From Macrostomum lignano (taxonomy: Eukaryota): a stretch of 64,000 nucleotides of DNA. Within the stretch, counting starts at the first letter, position 1, and every line of letters starts with the position of its first letter. Shown in pieces: positions 25,001 to 37,215 of this stretch. Both the position numbers and the translations under genes were made by a program. A model generated the notes under the pieces. The model did no database searches, was not told the origin of the DNA, and worked only from the letters and a program-made list of their open reading frames with translations. The stretch is taken from NCBI GenBank assembly GCA_002269645.1, contig NIVC01000917.1, positions 62,001-126,000 on the forward strand, written 5' to 3'.

Positions 25001-28000
25001 CTCTAATATGGGAGATTTCTCCCCATTCTACCACTCTAATATGGGTGATTTCTCCCCATTCTACCACTATAATATGGGAGATTTCTTCTAAACTCTACCA
25101 CTCTAATATGGGAGATTTCTCCCCATTCTACCACTCTAATATGGGAGATTTCTCCCCATTCTACCACTCTAATATGGGAGATTTCTCACTAGACGAACCG
25201 GCAGTGAGGCCTCCAGCCGCCGTGCCGCTGCTCTTAGACGTGCCTGACCGTTGCTGCACCCGCAGACAGTCGAGTCTGGCTGGCGACGGCACAAACTGGC
25301 AATCGCAATTCTCCCTAACTAATCGCCCAATCCACCAATAGCTGTCAAATTTCTCTTTGATGTGCAGGAAATCTTTCACATCGAAAGTGATGGCCTGGCC
25401 GGGCACGGGACTCTCGGCGTCGCTGCTGCCATTGTAGGCGATATTGGTTCGTACGGCGAATGCTACCGGCTTAGTCTTGGCCTTCTCCAGCTGCTCAGCG
25501 GCCTGGCGCTGGCGCTCCCGTTTGGCGTCCTCGTCTAGGACTGGCTCGGCCGAGCTGCGGCCGGAGTAGCTGGACTCGGCGCTGCCCTGCGGAGTGCAGG
25601 TTTTTTATGGATTGATAGCTGGCCTCTGGGCACGCACACGCTCACACAGGGTGTACACAGCGGCCCTTTGAATGACAGCTCAGCCGCAGCTATTGCGCTG
25701 TGCGGCGCATCTGAAGGCTGCGTACGGCTGTTCAGTCCAAGGACTGGGGGGTCGCTAATGCTGGCACCCATTTTACAGCTGGGTGAACTGAAGCAATGCA
25801 GAGTTGAAGTGTCTTGCTCAAGGACACAAATTGTTGCGAATGGGATCGGGAATCGAACCCCCGGCCTTCAAGTCGTGAGTCCGACGCTCTAACCACTGGG
25901 CTACAAGCACATTGACTGTACATGTCAGGCATGTACAGTCTCTGTGCTTTGGTAGTTGTCCCTCATGGCTGTGAACGAGCGAGCCCCAAATGAATGCGGC
26001 CGCACACGGAATCGAACCCGGGATCTCGGCGGGAGGCATCTTTGTGAGGCACAGCCAAGCATATAGATACATATAATATTATGAGAGCAATTATAATCTG
26101 TGTTGCTTTTAAAACTGCAAAATTGCAATGATAACTGTGCTAGGCCAGCGCTAAGCTTAGCTTACATATATAATTCAATATTGTGTGCATATGCAGATTA
26201 TATGCAGGTAAATAGTGCATCCATGATTGCAATGCATGATTAAGTGCTCCCCAGTTTGGTATTGATTAATGTTTACCTTGGGCGGCGCCCTGCCACTGTT
26301 GCTTAGCATTTATAGTATTTTATAGTAATAGCAGTAGTAGCACTAATTTAACTCGCTCTGCAATACAACTAGGAAAAAACGGAAAAACGAGACATAGGGG
26401 TAGGAATCGATGCAAAAGTTTAAAACGGGTTTTGTTAAAGAAAAATTACAAAGCTCTGACCGCATTAAAATTGAAGTTTTATGAGCCCTGTATACGTAGT
26501 ATTATAAATATGAAAATGAATCCACTTAATTTGAGACACACGCCAAAAATTATCGGGCCGCACGGAAAGTTATTGCGCTTTTTAATGATTTTCTTAATTA
26601 ATTTCTGGCCTGTAAGCTCTTCGCCTCTTTCCTTATTCACGCATATCCACTTCCTTTTTTATCTCTTTCCCTCACTGCCTTCTGATTGGCTGTTCGATCT
26701 TCGCCTCCTTCCTCAGTCGCGCACCCTACTCCCCCTTTTTTAGACCTCTCTCCTTCACTGCCTTCTGATTGGCTGTTCGATCTCCGCCTCTTTCCTTAGT
26801 CACGCACCCCACTCCTTTTTTAGATCTCTCTTCCTCACTGCCTTCTGATTGGCTGTTCGATCTCCGCCTCTTTCCTTAGTCACGCACCCCACTCCTTTTT
26901 TTAGATCTCTCTCTCTCACTGCCTTCTGATTGGCTGTTCGATCTTCGCCTCTTTCCTCAGATGCGCACTTCGACTTTTATTATTTCTATCAGCACTTAAC
27001 TCAGCCTCTCAATTAATGTCTATAAATATAACTGATTTGTCCCGCGCTCCTACTAGTTCAACTTACAGTTACGAGCGTAATTATGAAAATCTGTATTTGC
27101 GTAAAAAGATGAAAACCTGCAGACGGCTTTATATTTTGTGTCCTTCAACAAATGATGGCTTAATTGAATAATTGGACTTTTAATTTGGCGTAACTCGAAC
27201 TCAGCTTCAGACGCTCATTATAAAAATTCTTGTGCTCTTAATTACCAGACTCATTTTCATTCTCATTCTCAGAGTGGAGAAGGCAGCTCTGGGATGAAAT
27301 TCGGACAGTTGCCCGACTACGAAGAAGAGCATGCAATTATCTAATGAGATCACCCGTTCTCTCTCTTCAATAAGGAAAGTTCCAGAACCACGCTATTAGA
27401 GAATCTGAAGTTGAAAGTTCAGCAGATATTTCTAGGCGCTGTTAAAACGAATAAAACTTGATTTAGAGTCCTCCATCCAGCTTTCCATTTTGCCTCTTGG
27501 CCAAAAGACGGCACAGCGCACAGCATAGTTAAGGTAGGGACTGGGCAGGCAGGGGGGAGGGGAGAGAAGAGGCGGGGAAGTGGAAGAGACCCGGAGAAGA
27601 AGATCCTGATGAGCACTGGGTGGGCAGGGGCAAGCAAGTGAAGAGGAGTTGGTCCGCCATGGACAAGCGCACACATATATTGAGAAAGATGCGTGACACT
27701 TATAATAAAGTGCACTCAGGCAATACACTGGAGCATACTTGCGAGTATTAATAAGTGTGTGCCCCAGAGCACAGATCAATAAGTATAGCCTGCCTAACAT
27801 AAATCATAAGGGAGTGTGTTTGGTAAAATAACGTTTTGTTCTTTCCAATCGGTTATATGGCGTCGAGAATGACCTGGTAACAGCACTTTAGCAAGTGGAA
27901 AAAGTTAAGAAAAATTTTTACTGATTTCCGGTAAGATTTTGTTAAGCCAGACTGGTCAATATTCATGTGTATTTGTCTGGGTATGTGACTGTAGAAAGCT

Positions 28001-30417
28001 TTGGTCTGTGTACTTCCACGTGTACCTTACGAGGCTTTGCTGGGTTACTTCACAACCCACAACAACACCCGACTTAGCAAACCCCAAATTTCACAACCCC
28101 CATTGACACCCGACTTAACAAACCTCAAATTTCACAACCCCCATTGACACCCGACTTAACAAACCCCAAATTTCACAACCCCCATTGACACCCGACTTAA
28201 CAAACCCAGAATATCACAACCCCCAATGACATCCGACTTAACAAACCCCAAAAAATCACGACCGCAAGCTTAATTTCAGAGAAAAGTTTTGCATACAGAC
28301 AAAGGAGGATGACAAACAACATCTTGTGGATGCTGCCTCTCTTTTAAAAGCAACTTGTGCCTATTGTCAAGGGTTATAGTTCCTTTAAACCCCAAGTGCT
28401 GGAATTGAATGTGGTTTTCAACACATAGCATACAGATCAGGGCTCGGGTGCGCCGAGTAGGAGGCAATTAAAATGTCGAATTTTATTTGGGACAGCCGAT
28501 ATTTATAGTCCTAAGCTTGTAATGTTGACTGGTCGATGCAGGTGGGTCAAGGGGGTCGGCTGACCCTCACCCCGAGAAAAATCAGAGGGGGTTCATAACC
28601 CTCTGGAAACAGAACAAGCTTGGAGCTTGATCTCATTGGCGAATCCTAAGGAGGTCAAGGGGGTCGGCTGACCCCCCCGAGAAAATCTGAGGGGTCATGA
28701 CCCCTGAAAACTAAAAAAATCGTAGTTACATTACTTAAAAGTATCTCAAGCTCAAAGCTTGAACTCAATGGCGTATCCAAGCGGGGAGGGGGTCAAGGGG
28801 GTCGGCCGACCCCCCCCCAGGACTTGGATCTGCCACTGATTGATTGTGTTGATTAGAAAAACAGGAAACAGAGTCAGTGAAATGCATAGACAGACAATAC
28901 ATTGTTATGCATTAGCATTAGCGCTCATATATATGAACTAATCGACCTCAGGGAGGAATAAGAAATTATTATAAATTATTACTATTACGCGCTAATCGAT
29001 TGTCTCGCACAGCCAGGGCTTCAATTTAGTCAAGCCAAACTAGCCTGCCCGACTGAACAAAATGCAATTTAGCCACGCTAGCTTAGCTAGTTAGCTGGCT
29101 GGCTGGTGGCCCGAAAGCGGAGAGATTCAACACACACACACACACACGCCGAGGCCAGGCCGACAGTAGGGGGGGGGGCGTAGCGCAAAAGCAAATTGCA
29201 TGCATAGCTAGCACTCTGACAGCTGAATCTCTCTCACACACACAAAATTCTCTCCGGCCGGAATATGCACCCTCTGCTGACTCTGACATACTGAGCTCAC
29301 AGCCCTAGAGCTACGCAAATCAAACTGACTGCGCTGTGCGCTTAAACCTTAGCCTAATCCTAACGGAAAAGTGCAATTGAAATTGAAAAAAGGAGCAAAA
29401 ACAGAATACTGTGAGCTTAATGGTATCCAGATCTTTATCTGGATCAAAGGAATTCCCATGATCACAAGTTTCAGTCACAAACATTAATCCCGATATTTTT
29501 TAGTCCTAATCACGGACTTACAATAAGCTGGTTCGAATGCAAATAATTTCAAGAAGTTCAAGTCCCAGGATCCCAGTTCAAGTCCCTAAGTACCCAATTC
29601 AAGTCCCAGGATCCCATTTCAAGTCCCAGGATCCCAGTTCAAGTCCCAGGATCCCAGTTCAAGTCCCAGGATCCCAGTTCAAGTCCCAGGATCCTAATTC
29701 AAGTCTCAGGATCCCAGTTCGAATCCTAGAGTCCCATTTCAAGTCCCAGGATCCCAGTTCAAGTCCCAGGATCCCATTTCAAGTCCCAGGATCCCAGTTA
29801 AAGTCCCAGGATCCCAGTTCAAATCCTAGAGTCCCATTTCAAGTCCCAGGATCCCATTTCAAGTCCCAGGATCCTAATTCAAGTCTCAGGATCCTAATTC
29901 AAGTCCTAGGATCCCAGTTCAAATCCTAGAGTCCCATTTCAAGTCCCAGGATCCCAGTTCAAGTCCTTAAGTACCCAATTCAAGTCCCAGGATCCCAGTT
30001 CAAGTCCTTAAGTACCAAATTCAAGTCCCAGGATCCCAGTTCAAGTCCCAGGATCCCAGTTCAAGTCTTTAAGTACCCAATTCAAGTCCCAGGATCCCAG
30101 TTCAAGTCCCAGGATCCTAATTGAAGTCTCAAGATCCCAGTTCAAGTCCCAGGATCCCAGTTTAAGTCCTAGGATCCAAATCTGAGTCCCAATAGCCCAG
30201 TACAATTTGAACTATCTTCTATAACATGAAGTCACGATCCAACATGAAACTTCATTGCCAGCTAAACTTACTATTTAAAATCACAGGAATTACAAGACAG
30301 CACACTACATTCCAGAAAGGTCCAAATAAAGGTGAAAGCAATTTCACTGCAAAAAAATGAAAACAACAGCCTTACCTGGCGAATTAGCGAGCCCTGACTA
30401 GAGAAGTTACTGTCTGC
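19090..30417 (-). CDS. CACNB: Voltage-gated calcium channel beta subunit (SH3-HOOK-GK), 5' partial
   Basis: Exons 30417-30376 ([14 protein letters not shown]), 25586-25190, 23877-23744, 21895-21646, 20792-20545 and 19524-19090 have consistent phases and total 1506 nt. Motifs: [112 protein letters not shown]. The start-codon exon was not located. Confidence 0.94.
19630..20420. repeat. 10/20-bp repeat AGACACCCAG/AGACACCCAT in the last CACNB intron
   Basis: Direct tandem copies interleaved with AGACAGATAG. Confidence 0.92.
20862..21560. repeat. 28/29-bp minisatellite in a CACNB intron
   Basis: Two alternating units, GGGACCTGAAGTTTAGGGGATCAGGGAAT and GGGACCTGAAGTTTAGGGTTCTGAGAAT. Confidence 0.95.
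22000..22755. repeat. About 58-bp minisatellite in a CACNB intron
   Basis: Unit approximately GATCTCAGACCGTCAAGATATTCAACGACAACCTTCTGGGACTCTCCATTCATATTC, about 13 copies. Confidence 0.92.
23920..25189. repeat. 33/34-bp minisatellite filling a CACNB intron
   Basis: Unit CTACCACTCTAATATGGGAGATTTCTCCCCATT, about 38 copies; runs up to the donor GT at 25189. Confidence 0.95.
25625..26055 (-). mobile_element. SINE family 2 copy interrupted by a SINE family 1 copy
   Basis: Family-2 sequence lies at 25625-25672 and 25920-26055 (B box GGTTCGATTCC on the minus strand near 26010), on either side of the family-1 copy. Confidence 0.72.
25674..25906 (-). mobile_element. SINE family 1 copy (internal deletion, tail missing)
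   Basis: Matches the other copies in head, central domain and hairpin. Confidence 0.85.
26665..26960. repeat. About 81-bp unit, about 4 copies, each containing CTGATTGGCTG
   Basis: TCACTGCCTTCTGATTGGCTGTTCGATCT recurs near 26672, 26755, 26835 and 26916. Confidence 0.85.
28065..28250. repeat. About 41-bp tandem repeat
   Basis: Unit ACACCCGACTTAACAAACCCCAAATTTCACAACCCCCATTG, about 4.5 copies. Confidence 0.88.
28535..28838. mobile_element. Possible hAT-like MITE remnant
   Basis: Three GGTCAAGGGGGTCGG(C/T)GACCC units; CAATGGCGTATCCAAG (28766) and CTTGGATCTGCCACTG (ending 28838) form an imperfect inverted pair. No TSD seen. Confidence 0.35.
29555..30190. repeat. 20-bp minisatellite AAGTCCCAGGATCCCAGTTC
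   Basis: About 30 copies in the CACNB intron after the 42-nt exon. Confidence 0.93.
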
Positions 30418-32307
30418 CTGAACATAATTGTTGGCAGGGCCAACTGGCTGAGCGGCAAGATTACCCCTGTAAGGCTGTGGTGGTTTGGGAGGAAATTTGG
30501 GGTTGAATAATCAGGGACTGTTTTTATATAATTAATAATTAAATTAGTAGATGGTAAAAATATTTGAAAAAGTGATAGTTATGTAATTATTCAATTATAA
30601 AATCCATGGTGATTGCTACTTTATAGTCCACAATAATAAATATTGTTTCAAAGCTGCGTGATTACTTTCAATTTACTAATAACAGCTTGAAAAAAGTTTG
30701 CCTACTTTTTATTTATACAATTGCTAAATAGTTTTTATAGAGCAGCTAAATATTTAAATGAAATTATGCAAGATTTCTTAGAATTTTAAGCTGCATGCAC
30801 ATAAGCTTTTTAAAGTTGCACAAGTTTGCTAAAAATGTGCACACAAGTGCGCAAGTTTTTGTTAGCATGCACAGAACACATCCAAGATTTTGTACAAAAA
30901 TTCTATCTTGGTCAACATGGTTGAAATTTTTTGAAGCTAAAGGTTAAAATAAGTTTGAAAGTTTGATAAATGAAATATTTAAACTAGTAGTATATCACAA
31001 TTGCTGATTAACTTAGCAATCAGCAATGCTAAGTTAATATAAGCCTAACCTTTGGCAAATTGACTTTCAACAATAGGGTTTTTGGAATTTTGGGAAATAA
31101 TCTTTTGGAAAATGTTTAGACTTTTTAAATGTTTTGAGTTAGTAATATTTTTAGAATGCACTTTCTAAAAATTTAAAAGCAATTTATTTTTCTCAGTTAA
31201 CTGATCTTCACCAATGTCTACTATTTGCTATGTTAGCACATCGAAATATATCCGTCACATTTCTAACACTTTAGACTTAAAGAAATAAAAGAATACTTAC
31301 ATTATCTTGCCATCCAAAATTAGCGTTCATCAATTCCTTGCTTTACTTAGGAAAAGAAGTCTAACAAGGCAACAGTAAAATTGCAGCCATTAATAGACAC
31401 GACAGTAGTTTTACAAACGATCAGATAATTTTTTTAAATACAGGTATGCAGTCGGTGTCTGTCGATAAAATGACTGTCTACTAGTACTATTGTATTTTTG
31501 TAATTTGTATCAACTTTTATTACGAAATAAAAATATTAAAAGTCGCTGAAAATTAACGTCCTTTCAACGACACTATAATAATATGAAGAAAGTAAGATTA
31601 ATCGTGTTCCCTGTAAAAGCAATCAAACCACAAAATTTTTTTTCTGTTTGTCTATCTATCTATCTATTACTCACTCTATATATGGACCATGAAATATAAT
31701 ATTTAGTGTTTTCAAATATAATATAATTTACTTGAAATTCGGAGCACAATCAATTGAAGCGAAAAAATTTTCCTGATAAAGAAAAATTGTACAAGTCTAA
31801 AACGTAAATATTTAAGAAGAAATTTTAAAAAGAGCAAAACTTGATTATCTACTGTTTGTAGTTTTACAGTTGTTGTTTAATTACACTTACATATTTAACA
31901 TCACAGTTTCCAAGAAGCTAAGCGTTTTCTGCGGGGATCGGTAAAGATCGAAGATGAAGAGTGAAATAAAATACTAAATTGTAATAGTAAAAAAGAATCG
32001 CTGCAACTAGGTGCGGTGGCACTTTAAAAGGTATCAATCGATGGAATATTATAAAAGCTTTTTGAATTCCCATGCAAATTATATATTTCCAGTTTTCTAC
32101 AGCTAAGGATTTCTAGCGAGATTTTGCGAGTTATTATTAATAGTCATTTTTTTATTTGATAGCAAATCATAATACAGTCATAACAAATATAAAAGTAAGA
32201 CATATTACTTTTAAAATTTTATTAAGTAATAACAAATCCCAAAGTTTTTTGCACCTTAATTTTTCTAAACTTTTGTGGTATTGGTATATTTTGCCTAGGC
32301 TCTATTA

Positions 32308-32713
32308 TAAGGTTGATAAGAAAGTTCTTGCTATTTTTTCTTCATTTCAACTAAAATGAAGGGTGCATCTTCGAGGCTCTCATCTCTCTTGCGAAAGTGG
32401 GAAAACCAGTCACAGGCACTGCATTCGGATGTGGTACCCTTGCCAAATGCAGCATTGATGCGGCGGCTAGATTTGGCAGTGGACACTCCAGATTTGAAGT
32501 TGCACAGCATTAGGCTGCAGATGTAGGGTTGGGAATGAGCCATTTTTTGGTTATTGGAGAAGTGGCTTGCTGCAATTTAGAAATGCCAAAAAATAAATCA
32601 GAAACCACCTTTTATATATGCATACCAGATCAGCCAAAGAAAGTTGCAAAACATTCTGGAAAAAACGCTTCTGGAATTTTCTAAAAATTGCAAGAACTTT
32701 CTTTTCAACCAGA
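32308..32713 (-). mobile_element. Internally deleted mariner (Tc1/mariner) element retaining the transposase N-terminal HTH
   Basis: About 30-bp TIRs (TAAGGTTGATAAGAAAGTTCTTGCTATTTT versus reverse complement TCTGGTTGAAAAGAAAGTTCTTGCAATTTT) flanked by TA. ORF 32543-32331 ICSLMLCNFKSGVSTAKSSRRINAAFGKGTTSECSACDWFSHFRKRDESLED resembles the Mos1/Hsmar1 first HTH. Confidence 0.8.
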
Positions 32714-32811
32714 TAGTTATTCTTACTCATTACTCGAAGTCTGAATCTGATCATTTTTGGCAAAAAATAGATTGTTAAAAATATTATCAGCTTTAGACTT
32801 TTATATTTTAC

Positions 32812-33080
32812 TAGTGGCATAGCCAGGGGGCTGCCCCCTCCCCAATTGCCTAGTAGAGGGTAGGGTTGGGTGCAGTAAGTACCAAAAAACATGAGGCAAT
32901 TAAGTGCCTGTGATGCTAAAATGAGTGTCTGCAGCACTAAAATGAGTGCCTGCAACACTAAAATGAGTGCCTGTGGCACCACAGTAAGTGCCTGTAGTGC
33001 CAAAAGTGGCAATGGCATAAGGCATAGCCAGCTAGGCCAACTCGCCCTCCCCCCAATTGAAATTCTTGGCTATGCCACTA
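32812..33080. mobile_element. hAT-type MITE (269 bp)
   Basis: 14-bp TIR TAGTGGCATAGCCA...TGGCTATGCCACTA; perfect 8-bp TSD TATTTTAC at 32804-32811 and 33081-33088; internal AAAATGAGTGCCTG subrepeats. Confidence 0.9.
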
Positions 33081-36023
33081 TATTTTACAGAAGTCCATAA
33101 AATATGGAATGCTATAGTCTGGATCATGCCAGGTGCATACCTGAACAAAAATTGAATAATTAGGCCTACAAATCTATACCAAACAACAAATTAAGTGCAT
33201 GCCCATTCTCAAAACTATGCTGGTGTTGCAACAATAAATGACCTTTTTTATATTGTGACTATAAATGACCTTTTTTTAATTGTGTAATAGACCCCTTTTT
33301 GGCAAATGATTTGATTGATTTTTATACTTTTTGGCTATACTAAAGGGTCTATTAATAGCAAAAAATCAATACATACAAAGATTTGCTTAAATACTTTACT
33401 ACATTGTGACAGTGTAATTCATAATTTCGCAGAAGCATCTGTATCATATTTCTTTATCTCAATTGCATATGCTACTATTACTATATTCTTTCATTTATTT
33501 TAACAATATTCCATACATACTTTTATTGTACTTATTTTGCTGTTAATTGTTATTTCTCATAGCCTCATATGTATTTATTCTATTATTTGTATTTCATTCA
33601 TAACATTATTATTTCTCATAAAGTAGTTCTATTTATGTACATGTACTGACATTATAATATTCTTGCACAATATATTTTATTGACTAATTTGTACATGTAC
33701 AGTGCACGTGGGGCTCAGGCTTGTCTGGGTTTTGGATTAGGGTCATTGTTGTTATCTGTTTACCTACCAATTAAATATATGCTTACACTTGCAGTCAGTG
33801 GCTGCTTGCTCTTTTGCCCTTTTCTCCCTTGTTGCTTTGCTTCTCGCTCTAGGCTTGCAAACCCCTTAGCTATCCAGCCTCCTTGCCTCAACTCTTCTGC
33901 CGCCTACCTTGGCCCAAATAATTAATCAACTGATCCCAATCCTAGCAATTTTCTATATATCTAAATCTAAGCTGTCTTAAATAACACTATAAGTCTAAGG
34001 AGGAAAGCGGCCTACCGATCTGCTAAACTAAATTGTGAACTATCTAATTACCTGCTACACAAAAACGTCTTCCTGCTTTTATTTATCACAACATGCCTAA
34101 AAACCCAGAGAGCTTGAAATTTATGCTTAAAAATGAACTTTTTCATTTTTTTCTACTTTACAATAACTGTTTCTCATGATTCTATAAAGTGTATGCTAGG
34201 TATGCAAATACTATTTTCTTAGGAGTGATGCATGCCAATTATATATGCCCCCTATTGGAATAAGTTGACAAAACACAGACGACTGTCCGTTGCATTTTCG
34301 GATTCTCCTGGTGTCACGTCGCGCGACAGTGGTGTCAAGTGGTGTGTCGCGTCGCGCGACACTGGAAACCTGGTGTCATCATGCGTCGCGTCGCGGCCTG
34401 GACCTGTAGCCAAAACCTTGCAAACTGTGTTTCATTGTAATATGTTCTCGGTTGTTTCTCGGTATTTAAATGTTTCAAACATGTTTGATAATAACAAGTT
34501 CTTGAGTTGTTTTCTTTTTTATTTTGACAGTAAAGTAACTAATACTTCAAATATAATTTTTATAAATGTTACTTGTTAGTTACAATGTGTGCGCTGTTTT
34601 TCTAAGTGTTATACCTTTGTTCTTTTACTGTTTATTGTTTTTAAATTTCTTTTCTTTTTCCGCGAAATTGAAAGGAATACTCTCGTCCCTCGCCCCATGT
34701 TTTCGGTGTCGGGAGTGAACAGCAGAACAGGAATTGTCAATTGCAATGTGGCTGCTGTGGCGTCCCCCCCCCCTGGTCATTCAGTCAACAGACATTGGTG
34801 TTGTGTCGCGCGTTGCTGCCCCCCCAGTCAACAAAATTTGGTGTCGCGTCGCGCTTTTGAGGGCACAATTTTGGCACCCGTGTCGCACGTCCGCGGGTTT
34901 TTGAAACTTAATCCAATAGGGTATGTGCCTACTTTTGGTGTGCAAGGCCAATCCATGCCCAAAAATACTATATCATCCCAAATATGGATAGAATGCAATA
35001 TTCTTATATCCCACTAAACATAGACAAGCTTTTATATTTTATAAAGTAGAATGAAATATCTTAGGCTTGGCTTACCACATAGGCCTAGTATTTTGTAGAT
35101 TTTGTATTGCATTGATTAGCAGTAACAGTGTAGACAAGGAGCAAAAGGTTGCTGTCCTTGGGTGACTATCTTTCTATCCACCTAGGTGGCAACCATGACT
35201 ACCTTCCCATCCCAACTATTATGTTTTTAGTAAAAGCTCATTATATGGATTTTTGTGAGATTTTAGTGTAATACGCTATTCTAATTTTTTTAGGGAAAGG
35301 GGTGACCACCCAACTACAACCCCCTTAATCAGAAATGCTATGCTACCACAGTTAATTAAAGTATAGTTTTTATTGCATAAAGTATACCCTAGGCTTAGTG
35401 CTTATTTTTAGAGAATTTTTAGGTTTTAAAAAATTAAAATTGAAATCAATTTTGGTTAGAATTTTCATAAACTAAAATAGATAATATTATTGAATTTAGA
35501 GATGGACCAAAAGCTGAATTTCAATCAAAATCAAAAGTTGGCAACTTTCAAAATTGAAATAATTTTAGAAAGTTTTGAGTTCTAAATGTTTTAATTATTA
35601 TAGAATTTAGTATTTAGTACAATAGATTCAATTAACTTAACTGTCCCATTAAATTTATTAATGTGTGCTGAATACATACCTAAATTTGAACATTGAATTT
35701 TCCATGAAAGATTTTCAAGTATCTTAAAGACTGCAAGCAAGGCGAATTAGCGTATTGTAAAGCAATTATTTAACATAAAATTTAAAACATTTATATATTG
35801 AATTGATTTAAGTGTATTTTATATTGATTGGCAACCTATTGTTAGTACATTAATAAGAAAGTTTATACAAAAATAAGATAATTATTATATGGACATATAA
35901 TTGCAGCATTATTGTATATATATGTGGCTATAATTGTAGCTTTGCACTGTAGGTAGTTATAATATATACTTAACAAGTTTTTTGGTTGACAGCCTGCATT
36001 TATAAGTTAAAGGCACTTAAATG

Positions 36024-37215
36024 CTAAATTTCATTATATAAATTTCTATCAATAAATGATAGCATTTGTGCTGTCTCTAATGAAAGCCAATTTCTCTTTT
36101 TTGTAACAATGAGAATTTCTGCATTGAAGAGCCAGTCTGAATTGGTGCTAGATAGTGGCATGGCAAAGAACCTATGAGCTACTTTGACTAGCAGTGGATA
36201 CTTGAAGCAGTTCACCAACCAGTGTAGCATGTTGGCCATCTGCATTTTGCATCTTGAAGCCTAGACAAAGGCACTTCACAAGTGTAGTGATGCAGCTCAT
36301 CAGCTGCAAAAACTTGCAACTGGCACCTTAGCTTAGGTGAGCTGTGCCCCACAGGACTAGACCAATTGTCAAAGGCTTTAAGGTTAAAAATGGCTAAGTA
36401 GCTTAGAGCATCAGCTATGACAGTATTGATGCTGTTATCTGCTAGTCTGCTTTTGCTAGGTGCGCAAAGAACTGCTTCATGAGCACAAAGCACACTGGCC
36501 AAGTCTCCCTGGAATCCAAGGTGAAATGATAAATATCTCATTTACCTATTAACCTATGTATCATTTGTGTACATAGATTACTTGGGCTCCACTTGATGAG
36601 CTTAAGTTGACAGGTCCTTTTGCAGCTTGTGAATCATATAGGACATATGTGGGACCTAATAAGATGTCTAAAAAAGACAAAAAAATGTATCTAGGTGCCA
36701 AATGAAAAGGTCCATTGGCAGGTGGTACAGGCGCCAAATGAAGGTCTATTGGCACTAAAATGAAGACCTAGGTGCAAAAATGTTAGAGTTTTTAAATTTT
36801 ATCCTTACTTGGAGTTTGTGGCAAGCAAGTTGCATGGCAGAGCCTTTGTCAATAACAACTTTCATCAGTTTTTCTAGCACATTCTAGTTGCTCAAGACAT
36901 TCTTCAAGGAGCTTACAATGTTCATTCCAGATGAAGCACTGTTGATAGGTGCACTACAAAGGATTGCCTTATATAGCTTAAATTCATCAATAATTGCATG
37001 AACTATCAGGCTGACAATGGACCACTTTCCTTGCATTGATGTTTATTTGTTGCTCATGCATGCAACTGCATCAACCCCATCTAACAGAGTTCAAACAGAC
37101 AAGCAGACCTCTTTATAAATGGTGGGTACAACAACTTCTTCAAAATGCTTGTGTGATGATGCCAGAAATTTCAAAAGAGTAAAGAAGCCTGGATTTTCAA
37201 CAAATGTGAATAGTA
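36024..37215 (-). pseudogene. Decayed hAT (ZBED/Ac-like) transposase
   Basis: About 37215-36830 reads GFFTLLKFL..HFEEVVVPTIYKEV...WSIVSLIVHAIIDEFKLYKAIL...NIVSSLKNVLSN*NVLEKLMKVVIDKGSAM, like the hAT catalytic region. 36245-36024 reads KYPLLVKVAHRFFAMPLSSTNSDWLFNAEILIVTKKRNWL...MLSFIDRN, like the hAT C-terminal dimerisation domain. It contains stops and lacks much of the middle. Confidence 0.72.

Noticed and set aside
27270-27440. Possible BEL/Pao integrase remnant ([16 protein letters not shown])
   Set aside because: The similarity is too short and degenerate to call by eye.
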